Shown piece by piece: positions 47,494-60,954 of a stretch of DNA of 64,000 nt. The stretch is from the NCBI GenBank assembly GCA_036867785.1, contig CP145414.1, positions 496,001 through 560,000 on the forward strand, read 5' to 3'. The notes under the pieces were generated by a model. That model was not told where the DNA came from. It made no database searches and saw only the letters and a program-made list of their open reading frames with translations. The first letter of the stretch is position 1; every line of letters starts with the position of its first letter. The stretch comes from Plasmodiophora brassicae (lineage: Eukaryota). The position numbers and the translations under genes are program-made.

Positions 47494-49080
47494 ATGCATG
47501 TCGTGCGCACGAATCAACCAGCAGAGATGGTTGGCGAACCAGGTGGTATACGCCGACACGAGAGCAGCGTCTGCATCGTGGACCTCTGCGTTGGACGTGT
47601 CCGAACCAGAAGCATGCCGTCGCTCTGGACCCGGGTCATGATGACACCTGAATTGCGCAAGACAGGAGACGGGGCATCCCATGCGCCGTTCCAGGTCGAC
47701 TGGTGGGAACTGTTCTTTGACCTCATCTTCATTGGCGTCGCCATCGGCCTCGACGATGCAGTTGTCGTGACGCTCTCCGACCCGCAGCCCATCTCCGTCG
47801 CGTTTACCATTCTCGTCTCGTTCGTCTTCACTCTGCTCTGGTTCGACTTCACACTTTGTAAGGGGCATTGTCGTCCGTCTCTGCGATGATTGCTGACACC
47901 CATCGCAGATTTCAATCGTTTTGAGACGAAGGGCGACGTCTACACGACGAATTCGCTGTTCCTGTACGCCCTGTCCATCGTCCTCATGAGCGTATCGATC
48001 GGCCATATCCACAATGGGCTCGGTTTGCGTTTCTGCCTGTTCGCGTCCATGTCGTGCGTTAGCATGGCCCTGGTTTACGTTCCGATCTGCTTGCGCGGCG
48101 GCCCCGGCGAGTACGTAACCACACGTTTGCATTCCGCGTCGGCATCACTGTTAAAAGGAATCGTTTAGACGCCAGTTCGCCCGCATGCGCATCATGCTAC
48201 TAGCTGTCGACTGTGCGCTGTGGATCCTGGCAGGATCCCTGTGGGGGTTCCCACAAATCCAGGTCGCCGTCGTCGCCATCATCATCATCAAAGTGTTCTC
48301 CGTCGAGTTTGTATTCACGGGCGACTCGTTCCGCCTGTCACGAAACCCTATCCATCTGGTCCGTCCTCAGCAATTCAACAGCGCAGTCGCAATGCCCTGA
48401 TCGTACGCCAGAGCGATCGCCACTACACCCTTGTGCTCGTCTTCCTCGGTGAGATTCTCGCGAAGCTGATCCGGACGCGGCCGTCTACAATGTCGCCAGC
48501 GCAACTCGGTGCCTTGGTCCTGTCGTTCCAGATCTGCTTCACAGTCAAACAGCTCTGTACTCTTGATGTGTCGATGAGCTGAACCCGGGCCGGTTCACTG
48601 ATTGCTGCCCAATTTGCAGGTCATGATTGTGCACCACGGTCCCATGACGAGATGGCGTTGAGCATGTCGCTAGCCAGGGGCATCGCCTTCACATGTGCGC
48701 ATCTGCTTCTTCCGGTTGCCTTGCTGGCCCTCAGCAACGGTCTACAACGCATCATGGAGCAGGCGAGCCGGACGACGACGCCGACGTCCACGGTCTACCT
48801 CGTCACCATCTCCTACGTCGTCGTCCTGGCCATCTTCAAGTGCATGCGCCGCCTGCACCCGTTCCAGCACCGCTCGGCAGCCGTCTGGGCGACCCGCATC
48901 TCCATCATCGCCATCATGACGGCCACCCTGTTGGTCACCGGCCATCGCCTGCCGCCGCTCGTCGTCGCTGGCACGATCGCCGCCGTCGGGTTCGGCCTCG
49001 CCCTGTTCGACCGGCTCGGCTTCGACCTGCCCAGCCATCGTCGTCGCCCGAACGCCGACTGCACCCCTGTTGCCATCTGA
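47494..49080 (+). CDS. LtrA (low temperature requirement A)-like polytopic membrane protein (start uncertain, 47494-47638)
   Basis: VDWWELFFDLIFIGV, NRFE..D and HL/SDRHYTLVLVFLGE match LtrA motifs (WLELFFDLVF; HL.ER..L..I.LGE); about 10 hydrophobic segments. Confidence 0.78.
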
Positions 49081-49317
49081 CACGTCGTGATACGGTCGGG
49101 GTCCCTCCCGGTCACCCTGCCGGGCACACGTAATCATTTCATCCACTACAATGGCGTTGCTGGCCGCAGCGCGGGTGGCGAATGGCGACCGCGGGGGTTA
49201 CCTAGACGATCGTTGTCGTGTACGCCGGCCCATCGGATGCGGCATGGTTCTGTGACGAACGGCGGCGCTCTGTGAAGCCGCACGCAGAGGTGCAATGGGC
49301 TGCCGGGTGCACGACGA

Positions 49318-52300
49318 ATGACGTCCCGGTTGGCGTTGGCAGCCAGGCGGACGGCGGCCGTCGTCGACGATACGGCCGGGCGCACGCCCCAGCCTCACCC
49401 GCGCGATGGGTCGGATGCGGCGCCTGGGAAGGCGGCGGCGGCGGCTGTGGCGCCTGAACCCGACCTGGAGGCAGCGATCCGGGACGCGAGCAGCGGCGCT
49501 GGTGACCAGGACCGCGATAAGCCACGTCGTGTGATTCGCATCGGCGATGAGGATACCGCCCGATCCTTTTGCAACAACAAGGTTCGGGAGGGTCAGCGTT
49601 CCGCGTGCTCAGGCCCATGACGCGTTGGGCCAGGTCAATACGTCAAAGTACACCATGGTGAACTTCGTCCCGAAGTGCATGTTCGAACAGTTCTCCCGGG
49701 TTGCCAACTGCTACTTCCTTGCCGTCTCCATCATCCAGGTTCGGTCCCCAGCGTTGGGTCGGGACTTCCAGCGCTCACCCGGAGTAAGGTCTCCACGACA
49801 CTGTCGCCCACTAGCAAGTTCGCCACCCTAATCCCATTGCTCTGTGTCATATTCCTGTCCCTGGTCAAAGAGGTAACGTCCCAGGAGGTTCCACATAATG
49901 CCGCCTGTGTGACATAGCTATGGTTGCTTAGTTCCTCGAAGACTGGAACAGGCATGAGGCAGACGACATGGTAAACTTCAGTGAGGTGGACGTTGTGGAA
50001 TTCGGTACGTTATCGTAGCGATGACCACATTGTTGAGCGGCGACATGATTGGTCGGTTCATGATGACAGGAAACCGGGAGGGACCTCGTCTTCGAACCGT
50101 TTTCAGCAGCGACGTTCGGGTCGGCGACGTCCTGCAGATCTCGGATGGACAGTCGATTCCCGCCGATTCTATATTGCTATCGACGTGCATACCTAACGGC
50201 ATTGGCTTCATTGAAACGTCGAACTTGGACGTTCGTCCCTTCAGGAGTCGCTTCACCTGCCGGGCTCTGAACTTGGATTCCAGGGAGAGACCAATTTGAA
50301 GATCCGGCAAGCGGTGCCTCACTGTGCGCAGATCATAACGAACGCTCGCGATGCATCACGTTTACGTGGTACCGCCCGGCAATGCCTCTGGTGCTGTCTG
50401 GGCAGCCGTTGACACTCGTCTGTCTACCTTGTTTGCAGGTGTCGTCACCTGTGACCAGCCGAATGCCAACATCCACCGGTTCGACGGGATGATGTTCCTA
50501 GATGGCGTTTCCTCGCCTTGTCCGATCAACGCGAACAACATCATCCTTCGGGGGGCAGCGCTTCGCAGCACCGAAACGGTCTGTCGTTACCTCTGCGGGG
50601 TGACTCCTGGTGATCCCGCTAATGAACCGTCAGGCGTTCGTCCTCGTTGTGTACACCGGATCCGATTGCAAACAGGCACGAGACGCCAGACCAATGCGGA
50701 CGAAGTCGTCAAATGTGGAACGGCTGGTCAACCGGGTTATTGTGTTCATCCTGCTCGGCGTTTGCGCGCTCTGTGCCATCGCGACGATCGGGTTTGCCGT
50801 CTGGACATCGCAGAACAAACTCGCCTGGTACAAGTACTGCCAAACGGCTGACGTTCATGTTCTCACCGTCAGACAGGTATGTGCCCTTTGTGTCAGCGAC
50901 AACGTCATCCGACGTCCTGTCAAGCCTGATCACGTTCCTGATTCTGTTCAACAACCTTGTGCCCATCTCCCTGTACCTAACATTGGAGGTTGTGAAATTT
51001 GTCCAAGCCAAGCTCGTCGAATGCGACATCCGCCTGTTCCATGCGCATACGTACGCCGATCAGGTTGCCCATGTCGGCTCCACCCACTGATGTCGTAGTA
51101 CGCAGGCGACAGCGAGCGTATGCGCGAACATCCGCCTTGAACGAGGATCTTGGCCAAATCGAGTATATCTTTTCTGACAAGACCGGTATAATGCAATGGC
51201 GGTTGCCATGAATTTGTCAGGGTTCCCATACTTGTGCTGCAGGGACGCTGACGAGAAACCAGATGGTGTTCAAGCGCGTCTCCATCGGTTCCAAGGTCTA
51301 CGACGCCATTGTCCCGTCGAACGGATATCACGGCAAGCGTGTCCACTTGGATCAACCGTCGTCGTACCAAGCACAAAGTCGGTCGATCCCGCATGATGCC
51401 TTGTGAAATTCGCGTCCTTATGCGCTCGGGAATGCCCTAGGAGTGTCCCAGCGCCGTAACGAAGGGGAGCCGAAGGTCCTCAAGGGACCCATGCTGGTGA
51501 TGCACCTGAAGGCCAACCAGACCCATTCGACAACAATCCGGGACACGTTACGCGTCATGAGCGTTTGCCATAGCATATTTCCAGAACGGGTCGGATGCGT
51601 TGCGACGACAATGTAAAGGGCTGACGTCTGACATAGCCGTTTACAGCACAACCGGGATGGGAACATTATCCTGAAGTACAAATCGATATCGGCGGATGAA
51701 GACGCGCTGGTCAGAGGCGCCTTCGCCTACGGGTATGAGACGCAGACGGGTTTTCGGGAATGGACGATGAGAACCACTCAGTGTGCCTCTTACAGGTACG
51801 AGCTTGAGTTCCGCGATTCGAAGTACATCGGCGTGTGCGCTCTGGGCGAGCACCAACGGTTCCGCGTCCTGAACATCAATGAGTTCACGCCTGCGCGCGC
51901 CTGCATGAGCATGGTCGTCATGACACCCGAAGGCACCATCGAGTTATACTGCAAGGGGTCCGACCGCGTCATCATTGAATCGTTGGGCCCCGATCAAACT
52001 GTCAGTGTGACCACCACAAAGAAGCACCTGAAGGTAACCGAGGAGTAATCACTCATTGGTGCTGCGTATGCGTCTCAAACCGTCTCGAAGCATTTCGCTG
52101 TGGCCGGCCTTCGAACGCTAACGCTGTCGAAGGCTGTTCTGGAGCCGGGGTTCTACAAGGAATGGAATAAGCGATTTCAAACGGCCCTGTCACAGGGCGT
52201 TAGTGTCAGTAGCCTCGCTTGACATATGCAATCCGTACATGAAGGCGCGCTGCTAACGAGAAGCCGGCATTAGGGACCCGGCATGGACAAGCTGGCGTCA

Positions 52301-54618
52301 GAGATTGAATGCAACCTGCAACTGCTGGCAGTTACCGCGATCGAAGATTGTCTCCAAGTGGGAGTGCCCCGAACGATCAGTCTTCTCAGCAGCGCTGGCA
52401 TCAAAGTACGCCTGAGACCGTTGCCGGGGGCGCCCACCACGTCTCTGACGTTACGACAGATGTGGATTCTGACGGGTGATAAAATCGAGACGGCGATCAC
52501 GATCGGGTGCAGTTGCAATCTGATTACACCCGACATGACGCGCCTGGAGCTGTCCGCCGACTCCATCCCGAATCTGTCCGACCTGCTTGCCATGTTCTCC
52601 AAGGTCATCTGGAAGGGCACACCATGCGCGCTCATTGTCGATGGGCAGGCTCTGGTCTGTGATCGCTCCCCCTCCCCCTTCTGGCCTGCTGACGATACCT
52701 GATGCGGCTGTTTTCCAGGACGTGATCCTGCAGGACGAATGCCTGTGCGACATCTTCTTCAGGACGTCAACCCGATGTCGCGCTGTTCTGGCCTGTCGAG
52801 TGACCCCTCGCCAGAAGGTTCGTCATGATGGCTGGCCACGAGGTCCGGGTTCCCTAAACGTTTGCGTCTACTGACAGGCTGCTGTGGTTCGGCTGGTGAA
52901 GCGGGCGACGCCCTCACCGTTAACTTTAGCGATCGGCGATGGGGCCAACGACGTTCCGATGCTGCAGGAGGCGGATATAGGGGTGGCCATTGCCGGCAAC
53001 GAAGGAATGCAAGCCGTTCGGGCATCGGATTTCGCCATCGGTCAGTTCAAGTTCCTGGCGCGCCTTCTGCTCGTCCATGGAACATGGAGCTATCGGCGAA
53101 TATCCAAAGTTGGCAGAATCCCATGTCACTGTGTTGCCTCTTGTTGACGCCACTCAGGTAATCCTATTGTCATTCTACAAGAACATTGCCCTCGTCCTGA
53201 CCATGTTCTACTACTGCGCCTACAACGGGTAACGTATCGGTGTTTGACTGGTATACGAGGTGGCGATTCAGTCGCCAACGAACAGGTACTCGGGATCGTC
53301 GTTGTACAACGCGTGGCTGTCGGGCGGGTGGAACGTGGCGTTCACGTTGTTTCCCGTCGTGACGTTTGGCGTCCTGGACAGAGACCTGGAGGTTACCACG
53401 ATCTTGCAGTACCCGAAGGTCTACCTTCGTGGCCAGTTCCACAGACTATTTAATGTCCGGGTCTTTCTGCAATATGTGGCCACAGCCCTGATCCATTCCC
53501 TGATCGTCTTCCTCTTTGGCGTCTACGGTTCCAGCGTCGGGACCGTTGATGTGTATTTCCGATACGCTATTGAAATCCTGCTCGGCCAGGACTGGAATAT
53601 GGACATGGACCTGCTGGGCATCCTGATCAACGGGTCGTTGGTCCTTGCAGTCAACACAAAGATGGCAATGGAGACGCAGTACTGGACGGTGGCCCACCTG
53701 GCCGCCATCTTGGGCTCCATCACATTCTGGTTCGTACAAACGCATTGCAGGCCTGGATTGTGGGACGAATCGTTAACCCTGGTACAGGGTGTCCTTCATT
53801 GTTATCTATTCCAGTATGAGCTTGGGCGATTTCTACGGTATGGCCGCGATCATGTTCAGTAACCCAATGTCGTACGCCATGCTCGTGCTATGCGCGACCA
53901 CCATTTTCATCCTGGAGCTGGGTGCCCAATGCGTCCAGTCCATGCTATACCCTGACCCATGCACCATCGTACGAGAAGTCAAGCGTATGTCCAGTGATGC
54001 AGTATGGTCTCCGTTGCTGGCGTTGGGATCTGAAAGTGTGGCAGTCGATTCGACGTTCGAAGTCGAGAAAGGCGCATCGAGAACGACAGGTGCTGAAGAG
54101 GAAGAAGACGACGTGTTCTTCGAGGAAGATCATGGCCTATTACCCACGAATAAGAACGCCATAGCTGCAACCGAAGAAGATAACGCGATGGGGCAACTTC
54201 TCTCCAGCTTTGCGTTTTCCTACCCGACTCTCGAATCTGCCACACAGGTCGACCGGATTCGCCCCTCGTTGTTGCATACCTTTGATTGCCTGCCGACAGA
54301 TACAAGAACAAAAAGAATACCGGGACAGGCACAAGAAGAATGTGAGCCAAACGAGACACTGCTAGTCTGGAAACTGACACAGGTTCGCAGAAGCGAAAGG
54401 GGAAGAAGAAAGTGGATTCCGACTCGAGTGTGAACCAGAGCGTCGAGGAACCCGTCTTCATCATCAACGGGCCAACTGTCGAAGCGCTCATGTACCTGGC
54501 CAGGCAGATCGAAGAGGAGGAGTCGCGGGCCAGGCGATCGTCGCTGACGCGTACGTCGTCCAAGGTGAATAGTGGCAACATGAAATCGTCCGATTCGAAA
54601 GGTTCCGGTGATCAATAA
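49318..54618 (+). CDS. P4-type ATPase (phospholipid flippase)
   Basis: [57 protein letters not shown] (phosphorylation site split by an intron), [23 protein letters not shown]. Confidence 0.95.
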
Positions 54619-55349
54619 CTCAGCCTTAGCATTCTATTTATTACATCCAGTGTGATTTCATTCGGATCCCTTCGCCACCCAATGGTAACGAGCTGTGGGT
54701 TCGGATCTCTACGATAATAGTAGACCACCAACCGTACAGACGAGAACTTCGCTGCGGATCCTTGGTATGTTTATTATAATTTATCGCCGGCGCTGATAGG
54801 GCTCCTTGGCTCCCACCTGCCCGTTGGAGTTGACCCTTTCAAAGCTCCATTCGATCTGGTAAGACGTTGGCTAGTTTCGAATGCACGGCGATATGCGGTC
54901 ATGGCTCCCAGTCTTGCTGTTCGGATCTGTGACATACTCTCGGGACTTGCTCATCGGCGACAGTGCGACCGGCAGGCGCGGAGGAGGCCAGAGCCAGAAC
55001 GCCGACCACAATTAACCGTGTCGGCTCTTTCATACCGATGGCCGTCGACTGGATCGGGGCAGACAGGAGTCGGTCTGCCGGACCCGAGCCGCGTTCGTGT
55101 TTGGAGCAACCTGCTGGCAAACGCGAACGAGTGCCCCAGAGACGACAGTAACATGGATAGCTGGGCCAACGCTGTCGCCTCCCGATCAGACGCAGGACAG
55201 CATGACGACTTCGCAAAGGCGATATCGAAACGACGGTTCCCCCAAGACGGTCCCTGATACGGCCCACCACCCGATTCTCCATAGCCATGGATCTCATAAC
55301 GTGGACTATAAGAAGAATCAGTTAGGTCAGAGGTAGCCAGGTGTCGTGT

Positions 55350-58300
55350 TTATCCGTCATTGTCAGGTTTAGGCTTGCCCGTGACGCGGCGAGACTTGAC
55401 GACGGGTTTGCGATTGTCGGAAGCGCCCATGTGCTCAAGCTGGCTGACGAGGTCGCTGAGTTCCGTGATGGGCGGACGACAAGTGAACCCCTCGCAAATG
55501 TAGCAGGTCGCCTTGCCTCCTTGTTCAGCAGAGTCGTACATCGACTATACAGGGGGACACTTATCACATCGAACAAGCAGGTGCGAATGCGATGCCGCAT
55601 ACCTCGACGGAGTCGTTGATTGACTTCAGATAGTCCCGCGCCTCTTCGGACGTCACGTGGAGGATGACTTTCAATGGGAGATACTTGGAATGGATCGCAC
55701 GCAGGAATTCCTACATACACCACGATCAATAGACTTGCGTATCGAAGGCGGCAACCCGGCCGACCTGAATCGTGGAATAATGATCAGGAATGTGTCGGTT
55801 GCCAGTGATGACGATCTTGATCGATGCTGACCCGGCATTGAACAGGACAATGTTGGCAAGCATCAGAGGCATCGATGTATGCCCGGTTTCAGCAAAGGAC
55901 GACACTGCCCAGCAGGCAAGCGACCTGGAAAGACTGTCAATCATATGTCTAATAGCACAGCGGTTTCTGCAGTGTTACTGAGCGCGTTCCAGGAACTTGT
56001 TGGGCTCTCCACGATCAGCGAATATCGCCAGACGCGCACAGTTCGCCAGGCTGACAGAATTGGGGGACGGTTCCGCCCCGTCCGATCTCTCGACCAGTCG
56101 GAGCAGCACGTTAGGATCATCGTTTGGGTCCGTGCTATAGTACCTGATGTCATACGTGTCAGTAACGGCGAAACAGGGACGTCGGATCGGTCGCCTACGC
56201 CGCATGACCAGATTCGGCAAACTTTTCGTCGAGAACAGACTGCAGGTCCAACGCACACTGAAGCCATCTCGGTTCTGCACTGGCTTCATAAAGGTCGATC
56301 ATGGCGGCGACCTGGACGGATTGCAATATATCACTCGAGCTGACGAGTGACGACGATGATGCCACAATGAACCATACCATGTTGGCGAAATCATCAGCTC
56401 CAGCAGACGGCCCATACACAATCTCGTCTGTCAAACCTTAATCAGCATCGTAGACTGGCAATGCGATCGCTGCAACCTTTAACGAAGCGGACGCTACGAC
56501 GCATTCCAGTGACCGTCGCTTGCTTCGGGGCCGTATCAGGTGACGATATAATTAAGCGGCGCTTAACAAACTGGGCGCATTCGACAGCCGCCTAGAGCAA
56601 CGGCGGTTAAATCAACACTAAACACGTTTGCTGCTATTGAGGGCGTACCGAAAGGAAATCGCGGCTGGATTCTTTCGACTGTCTAGCATCGTCCGTCGTC
56701 CCAACTGTCAGCACTTGATGAGCTCGTGCGCACGCCGATATCATCATAGCGTTCCTGTATCAACGTTGAGCGTTATTTGAGCGCACCTTTGGCGAACGTA
56801 CCATGAAGCTATAATCTTGTCATCTTTGTTAGGCGGCGGGCGCTTCTCTTTGCGGATCGAGCAGAGCTTGCGGCACGATTCCCGAAGAATCGCGCGAAGT
56901 TCAGATTCGCTCATGCGAAAGTGTGATGCCGTTCGTGCCAACGGCGCGTTTCCCAATTCGATGAGGACGTTCCGGTTCCGGAACTCGTTATGCGGATCAC
57001 TCATTGGCGACATATCCGTATTCCCAGAATCCTTGATGACATTGTTAGACATGGAGGACTGCTCAAGAAATCGCTGCAGCAGACCTTAACGTTATAGTGG
57101 AAGCAGAACACGCTGCCGTTGGTCGACCCAAGAGCGTCCATGATCTCTGAGCGTGTCCACAGATAGAACGCGCCTTCCCGCTAACGAGACATTAGCAGTC
57201 GAACAATGGCACACTAGCGTATACGAACCGATTCAGTGGCACCAGCAAACGGGAGGCTGTCGGCATCTTCCGCGGAATAGAAGCCGCCACCTTCGTGGCG
57301 CATCTCTCCGATTACCTGTAGGGAAGTCAATGCAGAGCGAAGGATGAGGGCCGACCGGCGATCCAACATAGTCAAAAATCGACCGAGCAACATCTGCAAA
57401 GTAGACATTGTTCGACAGTTGGTAGGCGGCCAGATAGCTCTGCATCAGCTGCGCATTGTCATACAGCATCTTTTCGAAGCTGGAATGCAGATGGACCGAT
57501 CAGAGAACGTGACGATGGGATAACAGATTATCCGATCCGTACTGGGGCACATGCCATAGCTCGTCCACGGAATACTGGTACAAGATCAGGCCACAGCAAT
57601 AGCAAGTAGGACAGAACGAAATCGGTTACCCGAGCGAAACCGCCGCCAACGTGGTCGTGTATGCCACCTTGGCCCATCATGGTCAGGGTATGCAGCGCCA
57701 TGTCCAAACATGTCTTGCTCGAGGCAGCGTCCAACATTCCGGAAGAATGCAATGCGAAGAGACACTGAAGCTCCACAGGTGTCGGAAACTTGGGCGCTCG
57801 CCTACGCAAACATCGGGAATCGGAATCATTGCCATTGACATGCATTCCATTGAACGTACCCGAAGCCACCATACTTGGCATCGTAACGCTTGTGGAAAGA
57901 TCGAAATGCGTGATCAACGACTTCCTTCAGCTTTGAAGAGCTGGTTGAGATGGGCGGTGTGCCACCCTGTGGTGCTGACCCGACCCCACCGAGCTTGTCA
58001 GCAAGCAGTGCCATAACGCGACTCGCCTTGTTCGAGATGTCGTCTTTGTCGCTCACCCAAGCCTCATGAACACGTTCCAGTACAGTTGGGAACGCAGGCT
58101 GGCCGAACTTGTCCACAGGTGGGAAGTACGTTCCACCCAGGAACGGTTTTAGATCTGGCGTTAAGAAGACGCTAAGAGGCCTACATACGCAAGGTTGGTC
58201 CTCATCCACGATAACGTTTCCGATCAACAGACCATCCGCCGGATCCCGTCGTGGCCTATTCGCACACAGTCTAAGTCAGTGCCATCAGTCTGTCCATTAA

Positions 58301-58740
58301 ATAGGAACCGAACCTGAACGTAGGTCATGTAGACACGATCAACGTCAGGGCGCTCCTCTTTGTCGACCTTGATATTGACAAAATATTCGTTCATAACTGA
58401 AGAACGAGCAGCCCTTGTCTCAGATACGAGCATGAACGACAACGGAATGGCGTACGTTTCGCGATGTCTTCGTTCTCGAAGCTCTCCCGTTCCATGACAT
58501 GGCACCAGTGGCACGCCGAGTATCCAATGGACAGAAATATTCTATGCACCACCGAATCAGCACAGCGTTCGCATGTCGTCGTGCACGAACCGCAACGAAC
58601 GGCTTGTTTTCGGCCTTGGCCCGATCGAAGGCCTGCTGTCCCCACGGGTACCAGTGCACCGGGTTGTTCGCATGCTGCAGCAGGTACGGGCTGCCCGCGC
58701 ACGACGCCAGCAGGTTGCGGCCGGCCGCCCGGGTCGCCAT
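55350..58740 (-). CDS. SPATA20: SPATA20/YyaL-like thioredoxin-domain protein
   Basis: [113 protein letters not shown]. Confidence 0.93.
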
Positions 58741-59105
58741 CGTCCGCTGCACGATCCTGAACGCTGCCGTGGCGCCAACGAGAATGCGGCCGGCGCGGAT
58801 CGGCAGCCCTGCCGACCGAACGACACCCGGATCGGGGTTCCCGTCAAAAACGGCCCGGCGCCGTCGCCGCCCCGCGACGATCGTGCAGCCGCCGGCATCC
58901 AACAACCGCGCGCTGCATCTGTTGAACCAACTGGGGCAACAGTGTAGCTAGCCTGCAGCTTTGCGACTGGCCGTACAGTTGCGGAGACTTGCGAACTGCA
59001 TCGCCCACGGGACGGGCACCCGCGACCCCCCGTTGGGATACGCCAGACACGGAACAATATCGAGTGTCTGATAGACGGCGATCGGATCGCCACTTTGTGT
59101 GTATT

Positions 59106-59804
59106 CTACTGGTCGGGCTCGTCCTCGTCGAGGTCGGACGGCGTGGTAACGTCGTCGTTGGCGTCGGTCGTCGTCTGGGCCTGGTCGGCAGGTTTCGGCT
59201 TGTGGACGCCGAGCATTTCCTCGAGCGTGCGCTGACCTTTCAGCAGCGGGGACGTGGCGCGCCCTCGTCGACGACCATGCGTCTCGGTGCCGCCGGGCGC
59301 CTCTTGTGCCTCGACGCGATCGATCGCGTCCTGTAAGATGCGCACCTCGCGTGTCCGTCGCCGGTGTTCAGTCGGTATGCTCCATTCGTCGTGTCCTGCG
59401 CGCTTGTGGGCCAGCTTGTACTTCAGACCCTCCATGTTCGTCTCGTACGTGTTGTCGTCGACTTTCTTCACGTACTGGTGGGCGACGATCATCCAGTGGT
59501 ATTCCGTGCCGATCGGCACGCCGCTCCCAGGCGGGGCATGGCCGCGGCGACGCTTCGTCACCTGATACTGGATCCGCCACCGATCCGCCGTCTCCTTCGT
59601 CTCCCTCCATTCGCCGGCGTCGTAATCCCAGATGTGCCTCCCGCCGACCTTCATGCCCGTGTACACGTTGCCTCCCGCATCCTCCTTGTAGTCATTGTAG
59701 CGACTCGGCGACGCCCGCTTTCCACCTGGCGAGGTCGCCGCCGCCGTGTCCTCCGCATCACCGCCCCTCGGTTTCCTCTTGCCACCAGCAGCACGGCCGA
59801 CCAT
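59106..59804 (-). CDS. Intronless conserved hypothetical protein resembling a prokaryotic family
   Basis: Core YTGMKVGGRHIWDYDAGEWRETK...W.IQYQVTKRR...AP.GSGVPIGTEYHW.IVAHQ.V.K.D.N.Y.T.M.GLKYKLAHKRA; strongly GC3-biased, no intron. Family similarity is from recall. Confidence 0.8.
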   Translation of the reverse strand: MVGRAAGGKRKPRGGDAEDTAAATSPGGKRASPSRYNDYKEDAGGNVYTGMKVGGRHIWDYDAGEWRETKETADRWRIQYQVTKRRRGHAPPGSGVPIGTEYHWMIVAHQYVKKVDDNTYETNMEGLKYKLAHKRAGHDEWSIPTEHRRRTREVRILQDAIDRVEAQEAPGGTETHGRRRGRATSPLLKGQRTLEEMLGVHKPKPADQAQTTTDANDDVTTPSDLDEDEPDQ

Positions 59805-59957
59805 TGCGAAATTCACGCGATCGGTGATGACCTACGGAAGACGCGCACCAGTCATTCCTGGGGCCTCCCAGTGGCGAGCGTCGGGTCGGGAACATCCAGC
59901 ACGAGGCCAAATTCGGGGCCGCCCGTCGCTCTTGTCGTTTGCGGGTCTCATTTCGTA

Positions 59958-60817
59958 ATGGTCAACGGCTCGGTGAGGTTCGTCGTGCTTGTCGCCGTAA
60001 TTGCCTTGGCTGGCGGAGGGCGTACGGAAGCCTGCGGCGAGGAGCAGCAGGGTGCGGACGGCGGTGGCGACGGTTCGGGTGCTGTGCCGGATCGCGTCGG
60101 GCAGCGTGTGAACATCCCGTCGACGGCGTCGTCGCCCAAGGAACCGAACAACATCCAGAGCAAGTTCGCCCACTCGTCGTTCATGAGAAAGGGACGGATG
60201 ACTGGCAGTATGAGCGATCCAGAGCCCGGTGACGTCTCCGGCCGTGAATCCTCGGGGCACGATAGCGCGGAGGAGACTTCCCCTGACAGCCCGGGTCGCA
60301 GGAAGCCTTCGAGTGCACTCAGGACAGCCATCTCTGCCCGTAAGAGCAGCGAAGCCGCCGACGGCGTCGTGGAGCCCGGGGATTCCCAGATGATTCCAGA
60401 GAGTGGCCCAGTGGGCTCGTCGGAAAGGCCTCGCGGTATCATTCGCGTTCCACTTCACGTGGGGACATTGTCCGTTGGGTCTGAAGCACAGGCTCCCGGC
60501 GACTCGCGTATCGATGGGTTTATGGCTGGCATACACGCTCAGATGGAAGCGCTCAAGGCCAAGTATGGCCAGGTGGCGCACAAGCAAGACGGGTCCGCCC
60601 CCGATGTCACCGACGAAATCCACGTCCCTGAGTCGGGCTCGTTCGGTGCTTACGACGGCCGACACCTGTGCAAGACTGACACGGTAGGGCAGTTTCCGCT
60701 GATCGATTGTCGCAGACTGCAGGAGAAACTGTGGCGAAACGCAGCGACGAACTGTGCACGTCAAATCCAGGTACCAACCAGGGCGATCATGAGCGCGAGA
60801 AAGTATCGTCTACGTAG
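59958..60817 (+). CDS. Putative secreted, low-complexity Ser/Gly/Asp-rich protein
   Basis: Leader MVNGSVRFVVLVAVIALAGG; long open first exon; plausible 56-nt intron (gtcggg...ctgac...gtag, about 60632-60687) leading to AVSADRLSQ...KVSST*. Confidence 0.6.
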
Positions 60818-60954
60818 ACGGTGCGGTCAGTCAGACCGACAAGAAGAGCAAGGCATGCACGAGGATAATAGAGTACCGGTCGACTCGATAATGCATACCA
60901 GGCTGCATCGCATTACGCTGAGGGTTTGCTTTTGTGTTCCTGGTACTCGGATAG

